Shown: positions 9,565 through 19,871 of the stretch, one piece after another
Layout: every line of letters starts with the position of its first letter
Numbering within the stretch: the first letter of the stretch is position 1
Assembly (NCBI GenBank): GCA_963605395.1
Contig: CAVCVB010000002.1
Location: 7,381-71,380 of the forward strand
Source of the DNA: Firmicutes bacterium CAG:194
GTDB taxonomy: Archaea > Thermoplasmatota > Thermoplasmata > Methanomassiliicoccales > Methanomethylophilaceae
DNA length: 64,000 bases
Direction of reading: 5' to 3'
The notes under the pieces: model-generated
Databases searched by the model: none
Seen by the model: only the letters and a program-made list of their open reading frames with translations
What the model was told of the DNA's origin: nothing
Translations under genes and position numbers: made by a program

Positions 9565-9924
9565 TCACCTCATGATCCTGACGCCGGTTCCCTTGGGGTT
9601 GGCCTCGGCCAGCTCCTCGATGGACAGCGTCTTCCCGCCAGCGGCCACGATGGCCTTGGCGGCAGCGTCCGAGAAATCGTACGCGGCGACTGTGATCTTC
9701 TTGCTTATGTTGCCTGCGGCGAGCACTTTCCCGGGGACGACGATGGTCTCGCCCTCCTCGGCGTATCTCTCCAGTTTGCTGAGATTCGCTTCGGCCCAGT
9801 TCCTCTTGGGTTTCTCGAGCCTAAGCGCGATGTCTCGCCAGATGGCAGCTTCTGTCTCCCTAGTCTTCGCCTTCAGGTTGCTGATGGTGGCGACGAGCTG
9901 GGGATTTGTCTTGCAGCTCTTCAT
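9565..9924 (-). CDS. rpl18e: 50S ribosomal protein L18e
   Basis: KTNPQL...AIWRDIA..L..P.R; VVPGKVL. Confidence 0.95.
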   Translation of the reverse strand: MKSCKTNPQLVATISNLKAKTRETEAAIWRDIALRLEKPKRNWAEANLSKLERYAEEGETIVVPGKVLAAGNISKKITVAAYDFSDAAAKAIVAAGGKTLSIEELAEANPKGTGVRIMR

Positions 9925-10072
9925 TTTTCTGACTCTCCCGACATTTCGGTAAACCGTTTGATGAGGTGCGCTATATTGGTGTTGTTTATAAAGATTGCTA
10001 AGCACGCCCGCTGTGCGCACGTCGCGCGCGTTATCTTATATAGGAGGTGGGGGTTGTCACGCCAGTGATCGT

Positions 10073-11122
10073 ATGATAAGGTTCGGACCTGCAGGAATCC
10101 CTCTGTCGTGCAAAGGACGCACCCTCGAGGACGGCATCGAGGATGTCAACAACCTCAGCCTGAGCGCTCTGGAGATCCAGCTCGTGCGCCCGGGAGCATT
10201 CAGCAGATGCCCCGAAGACGAGGAGATCGGCGGGACCATCAAGGACATCGAGGAGGACTTCGTGATCGAGGTCGTCCGCGACGGAATGCCCATCGGAGAC
10301 AGGGACGAGCCCATCGAGGAAGATGACGACCTCATCTACATGCCCTCGCCCATCGCAGGGACCTTCGGGGACCTGGAGCACATCGGGATGATGGCCAAGA
10401 GGATGGACGTCAGCCTCTCTATCCACACCCCTTACTACATGGACCTGGGGTCCGAGTCCGAGCTGGCAGACAACTGCATGAACAGCCTCAGGTACGCCGG
10501 GATCATGCTGGACGCCCTGGACGGGACCGTCGTGGTCACCAGCCTGGGCCTCTACGACGACAAGCGCTCCGAGGAGCAGGTCGACGAGACCATCCTCGGC
10601 AACCTCGGATTCATAGTCGACTGGTGGCACGACTGCGGGCTCAAACCGAAGATCGGTGTCGAGATCACCGGCAACCAGAAGGTCTTCGGCTCCCTGGAGC
10701 AGGTCCTGGACGTCTGCGACATGTTCAACGGCGACATCGTGCCCGTCATCAACTTCTCACACTACCACTCCCGCGAGAACGGGAAGCTCCTCGAGACCGA
10801 CGATTTCATCGACCTCATGGAGACCGTCAGGCCCTACACCGACGGCACGTTCCACACGGCGTTCTCCGGAGTCGAGTACGACCAGGGCAACGAGAGGCGC
10901 CTCACCCCCATCAAGAAAGGGGACCTGAGGTTCGACCCCCTGGCGGAGGCCCTCATCGAGCTGAAGCCCGACTGCACGGTCATATCCACCTCCCCGCTCC
11001 TCGAGCACGATGCGATGTACATGAGGATCATCCACGAGAGGGGCCTCAGCAAGAAGGTCGCCAAGGACCTGAAGCAGAAGAGGAAGGCAGAGGCCGACGC
11101 CGCTGCCAGCACCGGTGAGTGA
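10073..11122 (+). CDS. endonuclease IV-like TIM-barrel protein with acidic insertion (possibly inactive)
   Basis: MIRFGPAGIP, SIHTPYY; paralog of 52783..53586 with several metal ligands substituted. Confidence 0.85.
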   Translation: MIRFGPAGIPLSCKGRTLEDGIEDVNNLSLSALEIQLVRPGAFSRCPEDEEIGGTIKDIEEDFVIEVVRDGMPIGDRDEPIEEDDDLIYMPSPIAGTFGDLEHIGMMAKRMDVSLSIHTPYYMDLGSESELADNCMNSLRYAGIMLDALDGTVVVTSLGLYDDKRSEEQVDETILGNLGFIVDWWHDCGLKPKIGVEITGNQKVFGSLEQVLDVCDMFNGDIVPVINFSHYHSRENGKLLETDDFIDLMETVRPYTDGTFHTAFSGVEYDQGNERRLTPIKKGDLRFDPLAEALIELKPDCTVISTSPLLEHDAMYMRIIHERGLSKKVAKDLKQKRKAEADAAASTGE

Positions 11123-11663
11123 TTTGCAGGATGCGCTGGACGCCATAACGGCCGGCTGCAGGAGGTCCCTGGACAGCATAGACCCGGGATCCAAGAAGGC
11201 CCTCATCGACGGGATCAGGTCGGCCAGGAAGGTGTTCGTCTACGGCTCGGGCAGGTCCGGGCTCGTCGGACAGCTCTTCGCGGTGAGGCTCGTCCAGCTG
11301 GGCTACGATGTGCATTTCGTCGGAGAGATGACCACTCCGATCATCGGGAAGGAGGACCTCACCCTCCTGATATCCTACACCGGGAAGACGTCCTCCGTCG
11401 TTCAGACGGCCCGCATCGCCAAGCGCATCGGGTCGAGGATCGTCTGCGTCACCGGCGTCCCGGGAAGCCCCCTCGCGGAAGTGTCCGATGTCCCCATCGT
11501 GATGGATGTGGACGGCAGCGAGGAGGTCAGGAAGGTCGCCCCGCTGGGGACGATCTTCGAGGATTCTGCGCTGCTGCTCTTCGACTGCATCGTCAGCGAC
11601 CTCATGGAGATCGACGGCGCAACCGAAGAGGACATGCGCAACCGCCACGCGATATGGGTGTGA
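11115..11663 (+). CDS. hxlB: SIS-domain 6-phospho-3-hexuloisomerase-like protein
   Basis: VYGSGRSGLV, VGEMTTP, APLGTIFE, MRNRHA. Confidence 0.85.
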   Translation: MSDLQDALDAITAGCRRSLDSIDPGSKKALIDGIRSARKVFVYGSGRSGLVGQLFAVRLVQLGYDVHFVGEMTTPIIGKEDLTLLISYTGKTSSVVQTARIAKRIGSRIVCVTGVPGSPLAEVSDVPIVMDVDGSEEVRKVAPLGTIFEDSALLLFDCIVSDLMEIDGATEEDMRNRHAIWV

Positions 11664-11665
11664 CG

Positions 11666-12013
11666 TCATTCCGACAGCAGGGCCTCTGCCGTCCTGGAGC
11701 CTTCTCCGTCCACCAGATAGAACGCGAACGTCTGCTCGTAGCGGTCCACGACCACTGCCAGCCCTTTGCCGACGGAATCCCTCAGCCTCGAGGCCATCCC
11801 GTCGCTCAATCCCGTACCGTCTCCGTCTGACACGAACAGCATCCCGATCTCGGGAGCCCCGAGCCCCTCCATGCGGAGGTAGCATCCGTTCCCGTCTTCC
11901 ATGACGGTCCCGCATATGCCGATGCCGTCCTGCCCTTCCTGCGCCGCCAGAACGATGCCGTCTGCGACCACGGCATCGAACAGCACGTCCGCCCTTGATC
12001 CGAGCCTGCTCAT
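11666..12013 (-). CDS. hypothetical protein (115 aa), degenerate JAB/MPN-like
   Basis: 3' part of ORF 11666..12301 from MSRLGSRADV; ATGA overlap with upstream gene; LAVVVDRYEQTFAFY tail. Confidence 0.6.
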   Translation of the reverse strand: MSRLGSRADVLFDAVVADGIVLAAQEGQDGIGICGTVMEDGNGCYLRMEGLGAPEIGMLFVSDGDGTGLSDGMASRLRDSVGKGLAVVVDRYEQTFAFYLVDGEGSRTAEALLSE

Positions 12014-12261
12014 GGCCTCCTCATCGGCTCCATGGCGAAATACGTTTCCGGGTCCGGGATGACCTCGACCCTGTCCCCGTCGGAGATGCATTCGCCGACG
12101 GTCAGGCCCGAGACCAGCTTGGAGTAGCCGTTCCGGAGTATGAACCCGTTCCCGTAGTAGTCGGTTATGACGTCGTCCAGCTCGCGGACGGCGTCGTCCT
12201 TCGGGAAGTCCATCTTCATGTCCTTCCCCTTCGATCTGCAGAACAAAGTGAATCTCACCAT
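12010..12261 (-). CDS. ubiquitin-like (beta-grasp) small protein lacking terminal GG
   Basis: ISDGDRVEVIP motif typical of ThiS/MoaD/SAMP; beta-beta-alpha-beta pattern. Confidence 0.6.
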   Translation of the reverse strand: MVRFTLFCRSKGKDMKMDFPKDDAVRELDDVITDYYGNGFILRNGYSKLVSGLTVGECISDGDRVEVIPDPETYFAMEPMRRP

Positions 12262-12363
12262 TCTTCCATCCTGCCGCTAAGGTGCGGCGATGGATACACA
12301 CGTTGCAGGATTATAAGCGGACCAGCCACCCTTTAATTATAATATATCTAGATATGGGGCAGC

Positions 12364-12567
12364 ATGGCCACTGTGAGGCTCCCCGATCATTCGCATTGCA
12401 AGTACTGCGGCGACCCCGTGCCGTTCGGCGAGGAATACTGCAACGACGCTTGCAGGAACGCGGAGGCCGAGAGGGAGAAGAAGGACAAGATGCGCGATGC
12501 GCTGTTCTATGCATCCGCTGTGATCGTTATAATCGCGATCCTGGCCGTGAAGGTCCTCACTTCCTGA
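12364..12567 (+). CDS. DUF2116-family Zn-ribbon membrane protein
   Basis: PDHSHCKYCG.PVP...YCNDAC plus C-terminal TM helix. Confidence 0.88.
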   Translation: MATVRLPDHSHCKYCGDPVPFGEEYCNDACRNAEAEREKKDKMRDALFYASAVIVIIAILAVKVLTS

Positions 12568-13351
12568 CCTTCGCCGCCGTCGCCGCCACGTTGTGCACGC
12601 GGACGATGTCCGCACCGGACCTGTACGCCCTCAGCGCGGCGTCCGCCGATGCCTCGTCGGCGTCCGTGTCGGGATAGGTGGCCTTGACGAACCTCTTGCG
12701 GGACGATCCGGACAGCACCGGGTAGCCGTCCGAGAAATAGCTGCTGTGCTCCAGGATCCAGACGTTCTGCTCCACGGTCTTCCCGAAACCGATTCCAGGG
12801 TCCAGAATGATCCTGTCCTCGGATATGCCTGCGTCCAAGGCCTTGGCGGTCTGCTCCCTAAGGAAGCCCTGCACCTCCCTGGCGAAGCCTTCTCCCATCA
12901 CTCCGTCGTGCATGGTGGCCTGCGTGCCCCTCATGTGCATTATGACGACATAAGCATCGGCGGATGCGCACGCCTCGGCCATCCCCTCGGCGCGGAGGCC
13001 GTTGACGTCGTTTATGATGTCGGCTCCGAGCGAGAGGCATTCCTCCGCCACGGGCGTTTTGAGGGTGTCCACGGACACGGGCACATCGATGGACGGTACC
13101 AGCTCCTTCAGGACCGGCCTGAGCCTGGAGATCTCCTCCTCGGCCGACACCGGAGCCGACCCGGGACGGGTGGACTCGGCGCCGATGTCGATTATGTCCG
13201 CTCCCTGGTCGACCATGTCGAGAGCATGCTTCAGGGCAGCCCCCGGATCCGTCCAGAGGCCTCCGTCGGAAAAAGAATCCGGGGTGACGTTGAGGATGCC
13301 CATTATCAGGGGCCCCCTCTCGGGGGAGCCCCTGGGGCTGAAATGTTTCAT
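12557..13351 (-). CDS. folP: dihydropteroate synthase
   Basis: MGILNVTPDSFSDGG, IDIGAESTRPG, ILDPGIGFGK, SRKRF, VRVHNV. Confidence 0.96.
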   Translation of the reverse strand: MKHFSPRGSPERGPLIMGILNVTPDSFSDGGLWTDPGAALKHALDMVDQGADIIDIGAESTRPGSAPVSAEEEISRLRPVLKELVPSIDVPVSVDTLKTPVAEECLSLGADIINDVNGLRAEGMAEACASADAYVVIMHMRGTQATMHDGVMGEGFAREVQGFLREQTAKALDAGISEDRIILDPGIGFGKTVEQNVWILEHSSYFSDGYPVLSGSSRKRFVKATYPDTDADEASADAALRAYRSGADIVRVHNVAATAAKVRK

Positions 13352-14442
13352 AGGAGCTCGTCTACGATCTCGACGAGGTCCCTGACCACGATCTTCCTGT
13401 CGCCCTTGGCGGCATCAAGGTTGTTGACGCAGAACGGGCAGGTCGTGATGATCATGTCGGCGAAGCTCGCCTCGTCCAGCCTGGTGGACGCGATGTCCAT
13501 GGACGCCTCTGGGTACGCGGACCTGACTCCTCCGCCGCCTCCGCAGCAGTGGCTGGTCTTGCCGTTGAACTCCATCTCCCTGAACTCCAGGCCCGGGATC
13601 TTGGCGATGACCTCCCTGGGAGCGTCGTAGACGCCGCAGTGCCTGCCAAGGTGGCAGGGGTCGTGGTATGTGGCGACTCCGGACATGGGCTTCAGCTTCA
13701 GGTCCTTCTTGGCCAGGTACTCGGTGATGTGGAGCACCTCGAAGGGCACGTCGACGTACTTGGGGTACTCGACCTTGAACATCCTGTAGCATCCGGCGCA
13801 GGAGAGCACGAGGGTCTCCACTCCGAGGGACTTGATGGCCTCCACGTTGCGCTTCATGAGCTCGGTGACGTCCTCCTGGGGCCATCCGACCCTCTGCATG
13901 ACGGACCCGCAGCAGGTCTCGTCCACGGTGGTGTAGTCCTCGCCCAGCTTGTCCAGGATGGACAGCGTGGCCTTGGCCGTGGCCTTGGACCTGAACGTGG
14001 CCGTGCATCCGGCGTAGTATCCGACCTTCGCCTTATGAGGCACCTTTCCCAGAGCGTCCCTGCGGGAGGACTTCTCGGCGAAGGGGTTGCCGTCGGCCAG
14101 GATGTTCTCGCACATGGCCTTGTGCTTGGGGAGGATGCATCCTGCCTTCACGAGGTCGGCGCGGCAGTCCTCGATGATGTCGACGATGTCGACCTTGGAG
14201 GGGCACCTGCGGACGCAGTCCGCGCATGTGGTGCATGTGTACATGTTCCTGACCAGGGACTCGTCCGGCTGCAGGTCCCCGATGAGGAGGCCGTAAGACA
14301 GCACTATGCGCCCTCTGGAGAGCGCGGAGTCCCATCCGATCGATTTGAACGAAGGGCAGACGCTCTTGCAGAAGCCGCACATGGTGCAGCAGTTGACCGC
14401 GTTCCTGACCTTCTCGAGCCTGTCTGTTACGAATTCCGACAT
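13348..14442 (-). CDS. (Fe-S)-binding oxidoreductase, HdrD/GlcF-like (two 4Fe-4S motifs plus two CCG domains)
   Basis: CTMCGFCKSVCP, CTTCADCVRRCP, TCCGS, YHDPCHLGRH, HCCGGGGG. Confidence 0.9.
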   Translation of the reverse strand: MSEFVTDRLEKVRNAVNCCTMCGFCKSVCPSFKSIGWDSALSRGRIVLSYGLLIGDLQPDESLVRNMYTCTTCADCVRRCPSKVDIVDIIEDCRADLVKAGCILPKHKAMCENILADGNPFAEKSSRRDALGKVPHKAKVGYYAGCTATFRSKATAKATLSILDKLGEDYTTVDETCCGSVMQRVGWPQEDVTELMKRNVEAIKSLGVETLVLSCAGCYRMFKVEYPKYVDVPFEVLHITEYLAKKDLKLKPMSGVATYHDPCHLGRHCGVYDAPREVIAKIPGLEFREMEFNGKTSHCCGGGGGVRSAYPEASMDIASTRLDEASFADMIITTCPFCVNNLDAAKGDRKIVVRDLVEIVDELL

Positions 14443-14444
14443 AT

Positions 14445-15686
14445 TCACACCAGCCTTGGGATTGTGACGCTGCCGTCCATCAGGACCATGACCCTCGCGT
14501 CCGGGTTCTCCGCCAGAGCCTTGGACACGGCCTCGCCCACAGAGGGGAACGGGGTTATGTTGGCATCCTCCAGGAGCTTGGGGTCCAGATCGGTCACGGC
14601 CCATATGGAGGCCCATGTGGCGATCTCGGCCATCTTGGCAGCTTTGTGGTAGCCGAGCTTGTACTCGGCCTTGAGGTTCTCGAGCACTTTCTCCGGGTCC
14701 TTCGACGTGGAGAGCTGCTGAAGGAAGGTCGCGTGGCCGATCCCCTCCCTGCACTTCGAGACCATTATGATCTTCCCGCCCTCCTTCAGCGCCCACTTCC
14801 CGTTGTCGAGCGCCTTCTGGGACTGATAGAGGTCCACGTCCATGGGGTACGGGGCCACCGAGATGACGACGTCCGCCTTCTCGGGTATGGGCACGGAGAA
14901 GACCTCGTTGGCCCATCCGACGGCCCTGTCGAAAGCGGGGTTCAGGGCTCCGGCGGCCACCTTGTAGATGTGCTGATGCCTGTCGAGGACCATCTGGATC
15001 GAGAATATCTCCTTGCCCTTGACCACTTCCAGGGCGTCCATCATGTCCTCGTGGACCGGGTTGCCCTCGAGCACAAGGGACTGTGCCTCCTTGCTCATGG
15101 CGAGCTTGTGGTTGGCCTCGACGGTCCTGAACGAGGCGACTCCGGGCAGGAAGGACTTCCTCCCGCCGGTGTACCCAGCGAAGTAGTGGGGCTCCACGGA
15201 TGTGATTATGACGAGCCTGTCCGCATCGACGGCGACCTTGTTGACCTCCATCGGCGTGCCGTTCTTCGACGTTCCGAGGTTGACGCACTCGGAGTTCTTG
15301 GCGTCGTGGCAGATGATGCGGTCCTTGAGCTCGGCGTAGTGGGAGCCGAACACGAAGTCGTACTCCTCGGGGGTCATGTCCCTGTGGGTGCCGGTGGCGA
15401 CAAGGTACCTGGCGGACCTGAGGTCCATCCTCTTGGACAGGGCGTCCAGGACCTTCGCGGTGGGCGTGGGGCGGGTGCCGTCGTTGACGATGAACACGAT
15501 GTCCTTCCCGCCTTCGAGGAAGGCGTCCAGGGAGGCGTAGCCTATGGGATCGTCTATCGCCGCTCCGATGACCTCGTCGGGGTCTCCGCATTCGACATCT
15601 TTGGGATAGAACGTCCCGATGTAGTTCCTGTCAGGGATGTCCGTCTTCTGGACCCCGTCTTTGCCGTACTTCACATCCACGATCAT
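14445..15686 (-). CDS. larA: nickel-pincer-dependent lactate racemase family protein
   Basis: VNDGTRPTPT, ATGTHR, EPHYFAGYTGGRKS.LPG, DLYQSQKAL, GYHKA. Confidence 0.92.
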   Translation of the reverse strand: MIVDVKYGKDGVQKTDIPDRNYIGTFYPKDVECGDPDEVIGAAIDDPIGYASLDAFLEGGKDIVFIVNDGTRPTPTAKVLDALSKRMDLRSARYLVATGTHRDMTPEEYDFVFGSHYAELKDRIICHDAKNSECVNLGTSKNGTPMEVNKVAVDADRLVIITSVEPHYFAGYTGGRKSFLPGVASFRTVEANHKLAMSKEAQSLVLEGNPVHEDMMDALEVVKGKEIFSIQMVLDRHQHIYKVAAGALNPAFDRAVGWANEVFSVPIPEKADVVISVAPYPMDVDLYQSQKALDNGKWALKEGGKIIMVSKCREGIGHATFLQQLSTSKDPEKVLENLKAEYKLGYHKAAKMAEIATWASIWAVTDLDPKLLEDANITPFPSVGEAVSKALAENPDARVMVLMDGSVTIPRLV

Positions 15687-15772
15687 TTGGACCGCCCTCT
15701 CTATCGGGCACCCGTTATTAATACGCGTGCATTGCGCGCACGTAACGGGAGAAGGTTGTAAGAATTGGGAAA

Positions 15773-15790
15773 GGGGGATGCGCATCCCCC
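15773..15790. terminator. GC hairpin downstream of the ABC ATPase gene
   Basis: gggggatg-cg-catccccc perfect inverted repeat flanked by A/T runs. Confidence 0.55.
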
Positions 15791-15801
15791 TGTTTTCTCT
15801 C

Positions 15802-16605
15802 TCAGAGGACCTTCGAGAGGAAGTCCACGAGACGGGGGCTGCGAGGATTCCCGAAGACCTCCTCGGGAGAGCCCTCCTCGGCGATCCTGCCCTCGGACAG
15901 GAAGATGACGCGGTCGGACACCTCCCTGGCGAAGCCCATCTCGTGGGTGACCACGAGCATGGTCATCCCCGACTCGGCCAGGTCCTTGATGATGCTCAGG
16001 ACCTCCCCGACCATCTCCGGGTCCAGGGCGGAGGTGGGCTCGTCGAACAGCATGACGTCGGGGTTCATGGCCAGCGACCTGGCTATGGCCACGCGCTGCT
16101 GCTGCCCTCCCGACAGCCTGGACGGGTACTGGTCCGCCTTGTCTGCGAGGCCGATCCTCTTCAGGAGCTCGTCCGCCTTGGCGGACGCCTCGGCCTCTGA
16201 CATGGTCCCCAGCATGACCGGCGTGAGCATGATGTTATCCTTGACGGTCATGTTCGGGAAGAGGTTGAACCCCTGGAACACCATGCCGATCCTCCTGCGG
16301 AGGAGGTCCAGCTCGGCGGTGGACCTGGGCCTGAGCGCGGACAGGATCTTGGCGCCCTTTCCGCTCTTCTCGCTCTTGCCGATCTCCGTTATGTCCTTCC
16401 CCTCGAACACGATGGAGCCGCCGGTGGGCGTCTCCAGCAGGTTGATCGAGCGGAGCAGGGTGGACTTCCCGCATCCGGAAGGCCCGATGATCGAGATGAC
16501 CTCCCCCTTCCTGACCTCCAGGTCGATGTTCTTGAGCACCTCGTTGTCGCCGAACGACTTGCAGAGGCCGGATATCTGGATCAGCACTTCTCCGTCAGTA
16601 GGCAT
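15802..16605 (-). CDS. glnQ: polar amino acid ABC transporter ATP-binding protein
   Basis: [33 protein letters not shown]. Confidence 0.92.
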   Translation of the reverse strand: MPTDGEVLIQISGLCKSFGDNEVLKNIDLEVRKGEVISIIGPSGCGKSTLLRSINLLETPTGGSIVFEGKDITEIGKSEKSGKGAKILSALRPRSTAELDLLRRRIGMVFQGFNLFPNMTVKDNIMLTPVMLGTMSEAEASAKADELLKRIGLADKADQYPSRLSGGQQQRVAIARSLAMNPDVMLFDEPTSALDPEMVGEVLSIIKDLAESGMTMLVVTHEMGFAREVSDRVIFLSEGRIAEEGSPEEVFGNPRSPRLVDFLSKVL

Positions 16606-18082
16606 TGTTCAACCTCCTCTCCATCCTCTTGACGAGGTAAGACAGCACCAGGACGATCGCCAGGTATATCAGCGCGATGACCAGCAGCGGGAGCAGCGCA
16701 TCGTAGGTCTGGCCTCTGATGATGTCCCCTGCACGGGTCAGGTCCAGGACTCCGATGTACCCTGCGACGGAGGTCTCCTTCAGCAGGGAGATCCCCTCGT
16801 TCCCCAGCGCGGGCAGGATGTTCCTGAGCGCCTGGGGCATGATGACCTTCTTCATGGACTGGCTGTTGTTCATCCCCAGGCTCCTGCATGCCTCCATCTG
16901 GCCCTTGGGCACCGAGTTGATGCCTGACCTGAAGACCTCGGCCACATACGCCCCGGAGTTCAGTCCGAAGGCTGCTCCGGCGATGAGGATCTGGTTGAGG
17001 TTCACGGATGCGAACACCACATAGTAGATGATGAGCAGCTGGACCATCACAGGCGTCCCGCGTATCACAGTGATGTACAGCCGGCAGATCTTGTCGCAGA
17101 CGAAGAACCGGCCGGTCTGGTCGTGGGTGCTCCTGATCATGGCGACGAACGCTCCGATGATCAATCCGATTATCAGCGCCACGATGGTGATGAGGATCGT
17201 GTTCTTCAGACCCTCGAAGATGTACGAATAGCGCTCGTTGTCCAGGAAGTCCTTCTTGAACCTGTCCCAGAAGCTGTTCCCGGTGGTGCTGTCCCCGCCG
17301 CCGTCCTGGTTGAAGTAGGACGGCGTGTCGGTGCTGTAGCTGTGCTCGGCGTAGTAGGTTGCGATGGCTTCCAGGGTCCCGTCCTCTTCCAGCTTCTTCA
17401 GGGCCTCGTTGAACTGGTCGCGGAGCGCCGTGTTGTTCTTGGAGAATATGAAGCCGTAATATTCGGGAGGCTCCCCCAGGATGTCCAATAGCTTCAACCC
17501 CTTGGTGGAGTTGACCTGAGCCTGGCCGACAGCGAGATCCACGATCTCGCAGTCCGCCTTGCCGTTCTGGACATCCATCACCGCCTGCATGAAAGCCTTC
17601 TGGTAGATGACGTTGTCAGTGTACCCCTTGGCGAGGGTCGCTCCCGTGGTCCCGGTCTGCACGGTGATCCTCTTGCCTTTGATGTCCTCCAGAGTGCTTA
17701 TCGAGGAGTCTTCTTTGACCACCACTACCTGCCAATTGACTGCGTAAACGTCTGAGAAATTCACCTGCTGCTTCCTATCCTCCCTTATCGTGAATCCGGA
17801 TGCCCCGACATCGCACTTTCCCTGCTGCACGGAGAGGATGATCGAGTCGAAGTCGTTCTGCCTGAACTCGATTTTGTATCCGAGATTGTCTCCGATGGCA
17901 CGCATGATGTCCATGTCGATGCCTGTGAACTCCGATCCGAGCATGTACTCGTAAGGAGCGAAGTAGGGGCTGGTCTCGACTATGAGCTTGTTCCCCTTGT
18001 CCTTGTCCAGCTGCGATACCGCGACGAACGCGCATGCCAATACGATGACGGCTATCGCAACTGCCGTGATTTTCTTGTTCAT
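16595..18082 (-). CDS. polar amino acid ABC transporter, fused substrate-binding and permease
   Basis: signal helix, SBP_bac_3 (FAPYEY, GIDMD), permease ([31 protein letters not shown]). Confidence 0.93.
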   Translation of the reverse strand: MNKKITAVAIAVIVLACAFVAVSQLDKDKGNKLIVETSPYFAPYEYMLGSEFTGIDMDIMRAIGDNLGYKIEFRQNDFDSIILSVQQGKCDVGASGFTIREDRKQQVNFSDVYAVNWQVVVVKEDSSISTLEDIKGKRITVQTGTTGATLAKGYTDNVIYQKAFMQAVMDVQNGKADCEIVDLAVGQAQVNSTKGLKLLDILGEPPEYYGFIFSKNNTALRDQFNEALKKLEEDGTLEAIATYYAEHSYSTDTPSYFNQDGGGDSTTGNSFWDRFKKDFLDNERYSYIFEGLKNTILITIVALIIGLIIGAFVAMIRSTHDQTGRFFVCDKICRLYITVIRGTPVMVQLLIIYYVVFASVNLNQILIAGAAFGLNSGAYVAEVFRSGINSVPKGQMEACRSLGMNNSQSMKKVIMPQALRNILPALGNEGISLLKETSVAGYIGVLDLTRAGDIIRGQTYDALLPLLVIALIYLAIVLVLSYLVKRMERRLNNAY

Positions 18083-18250
18083 TGTACCAAACCAAAGCTG
18101 ATGTATAGGCTCTGGGTGGCGTAATAAACTGTAGTGAACATCTTCTGCATATTCTAGACACGTTGTCTTGATTCAGACATAAACCCCTTTCGAGGACTGT
18201 GCCCCATGCGTGCCGGTTTGTGGTATGTATCGCATCGAACTGCTCGAGAA

Positions 18251-19300
18251 TCATCGCTCCGACGTGTCAGGGGCCCGATCCGCATTCAAGAGCCTTCCCT
18301 CGGCCAGACCGATGTACTCCCTCAGCTTCTTCTCCAGGACCTCCTTGTCAGGCAATGTGAGCTGATACTGTGCGACGAGCGTCGGCGACATCGTGCGGCT
18401 CATCGCATACTCCACGACCTCGTCGTCCTTGCTGGCGCAGAGTATGATCCCCACGCTCGGGTTCTCGTAGGGCTTCTTCACGTCCCTGTCCAGGGCCTCC
18501 AGGTAGAGCTGCATCTTCCCCATGTACTCCGGCTTGAACTCCCCGATCTTCAGCTCGATGTTCACCAGGCATGTGAGACCACGGTGGAAGAAGAGCAGGT
18601 CGAGGAAGTAGTCGTGGCTGCCCACCTTCAGCTTGTATTTCTGACCGACGAACGTGAAGTCCTTCCCGAACTCGAGGATGAAATCGCGGAGGTTGTTCAC
18701 GATCGCCTGCTGGAGGTCGTCTTCGGAATAGTCGTTCGGGACATCCAGGAAATCCAAGACATATGTGTCCATGAACGCATCCCTGATCTTCGAAGGGACG
18801 GGAACAGGCTCGAGCTTCTTGGACGACAGCATCGCCCTCTCGTAATACGCGCTGTCCATCTGACGGCGAAGCTCACGGAAGCTATAGCGCTCCCTGATTG
18901 CCAGATTCGTGTAGAATTCTCTTTCTTCTGGAGACTTGGACCTGCTCATGATGATGACATTTGAACTCCAGCTCAATTGTGACGACAGTGTAACCACAAA
19001 TTCTGGATCGGGATACGTAAGGTAGAATTGCTTCATCCGATACAGATTGCGACGGTCGAACCCCTTTATCGAGGGGCTTTCAGCCGCTATGAAGCTGGCT
19101 ATGTTGTCGATATACCCGTCTCCCCACTTGTATTTCGTGGACACCTCTGTGAGGTACTTCCCCACGTTGTAGTACAGGATGATGAGCTCCTTGTTGGCAT
19201 GGGAGAGCACCTGCTGACGTGATGCATCGGCCATGTCGAGGATGTGCCTGCTTGCTTGTGAGACAATCTTCTCATCGGGAACTGCGGGTTCGCTGACCAT
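18251..19300 (-). CDS. YhcG/DUF1016 PD-(D/E)XK nuclease-family protein
   Basis: NLYRMKQFY, LSWS, FILEFGKDFTFVG, LDLLFFHRGL, IELKIGEFKPEY.GKM. Confidence 0.92.
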   Translation of the reverse strand: MVSEPAVPDEKIVSQASRHILDMADASRQQVLSHANKELIILYYNVGKYLTEVSTKYKWGDGYIDNIASFIAAESPSIKGFDRRNLYRMKQFYLTYPDPEFVVTLSSQLSWSSNVIIMSRSKSPEEREFYTNLAIRERYSFRELRRQMDSAYYERAMLSSKKLEPVPVPSKIRDAFMDTYVLDFLDVPNDYSEDDLQQAIVNNLRDFILEFGKDFTFVGQKYKLKVGSHDYFLDLLFFHRGLTCLVNIELKIGEFKPEYMGKMQLYLEALDRDVKKPYENPSVGIILCASKDDEVVEYAMSRTMSPTLVAQYQLTLPDKEVLEKKLREYIGLAEGRLLNADRAPDTSER

Positions 19301-19424
19301 GATCGGGCCTCTGAAGACGATAAGGGCCTTCTCGGAGATAAGCCATGTCCAAGCATCGAAACCCTGTGCTCAGACGAAGCAAAATCTGCAACGGCTAAAT
19401 ACTGACAGTTTCTGATTCGAACCG

Positions 19425-19802
19425 ATGGAAACAGACTATCAGTCTCCGCTGTCGAAACGCTATGCTGCAGACATACTGTCCCTGCTGTACGAGCAGAAGA
19501 GGATCATGGCGACCGATCTCCTGAGGATCGCCAAGAACTACAAGACGGTTCTGGCCACAGCGGATGCGCTGACGGAGCTCGGCCTCATGACCAAGCACTT
19601 GGAGTCGGGCACCAGGCTGATGAAGGTCTTCGAGCTGACCCCTCAGGGCGAGGCCGTGGCGGAGCACCTCTACAGGGCGCGCTGCGCGCTGTACGGCATC
19701 GAGCCCGTCATCGGCGAGAGCGAGCCCGAGAAGGCCGAGAAGCCCAAGAAATCCGGCAAGAAATCGAAGAAGAAGTCGCCCAAAGGCAAGAACAGGGCCT
19801 GA
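19425..19802 (+). CDS. winged-helix DNA-binding protein with Lys-rich tail
   Basis: DALTELGL...KVFELTPQGEAVA wing motif; KKSGKKSKKKSPK tail. Confidence 0.75.
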   Translation: METDYQSPLSKRYAADILSLLYEQKRIMATDLLRIAKNYKTVLATADALTELGLMTKHLESGTRLMKVFELTPQGEAVAEHLYRARCALYGIEPVIGESEPEKAEKPKKSGKKSKKKSPKGKNRA

Positions 19803-19871
19803 CGGCCGCAATCGAGAGGGTTCCGTCCAGAAAATCTTTTTATATGAAATCTCCAATCGCTCACTCAATAA

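Noticed and set aside
13348..15591. 747-aa ORF as a LarA/Fe-S fusion
   Set aside because: The N-terminal half is an off-frame overlap of larA; the real gene starts at 14442.
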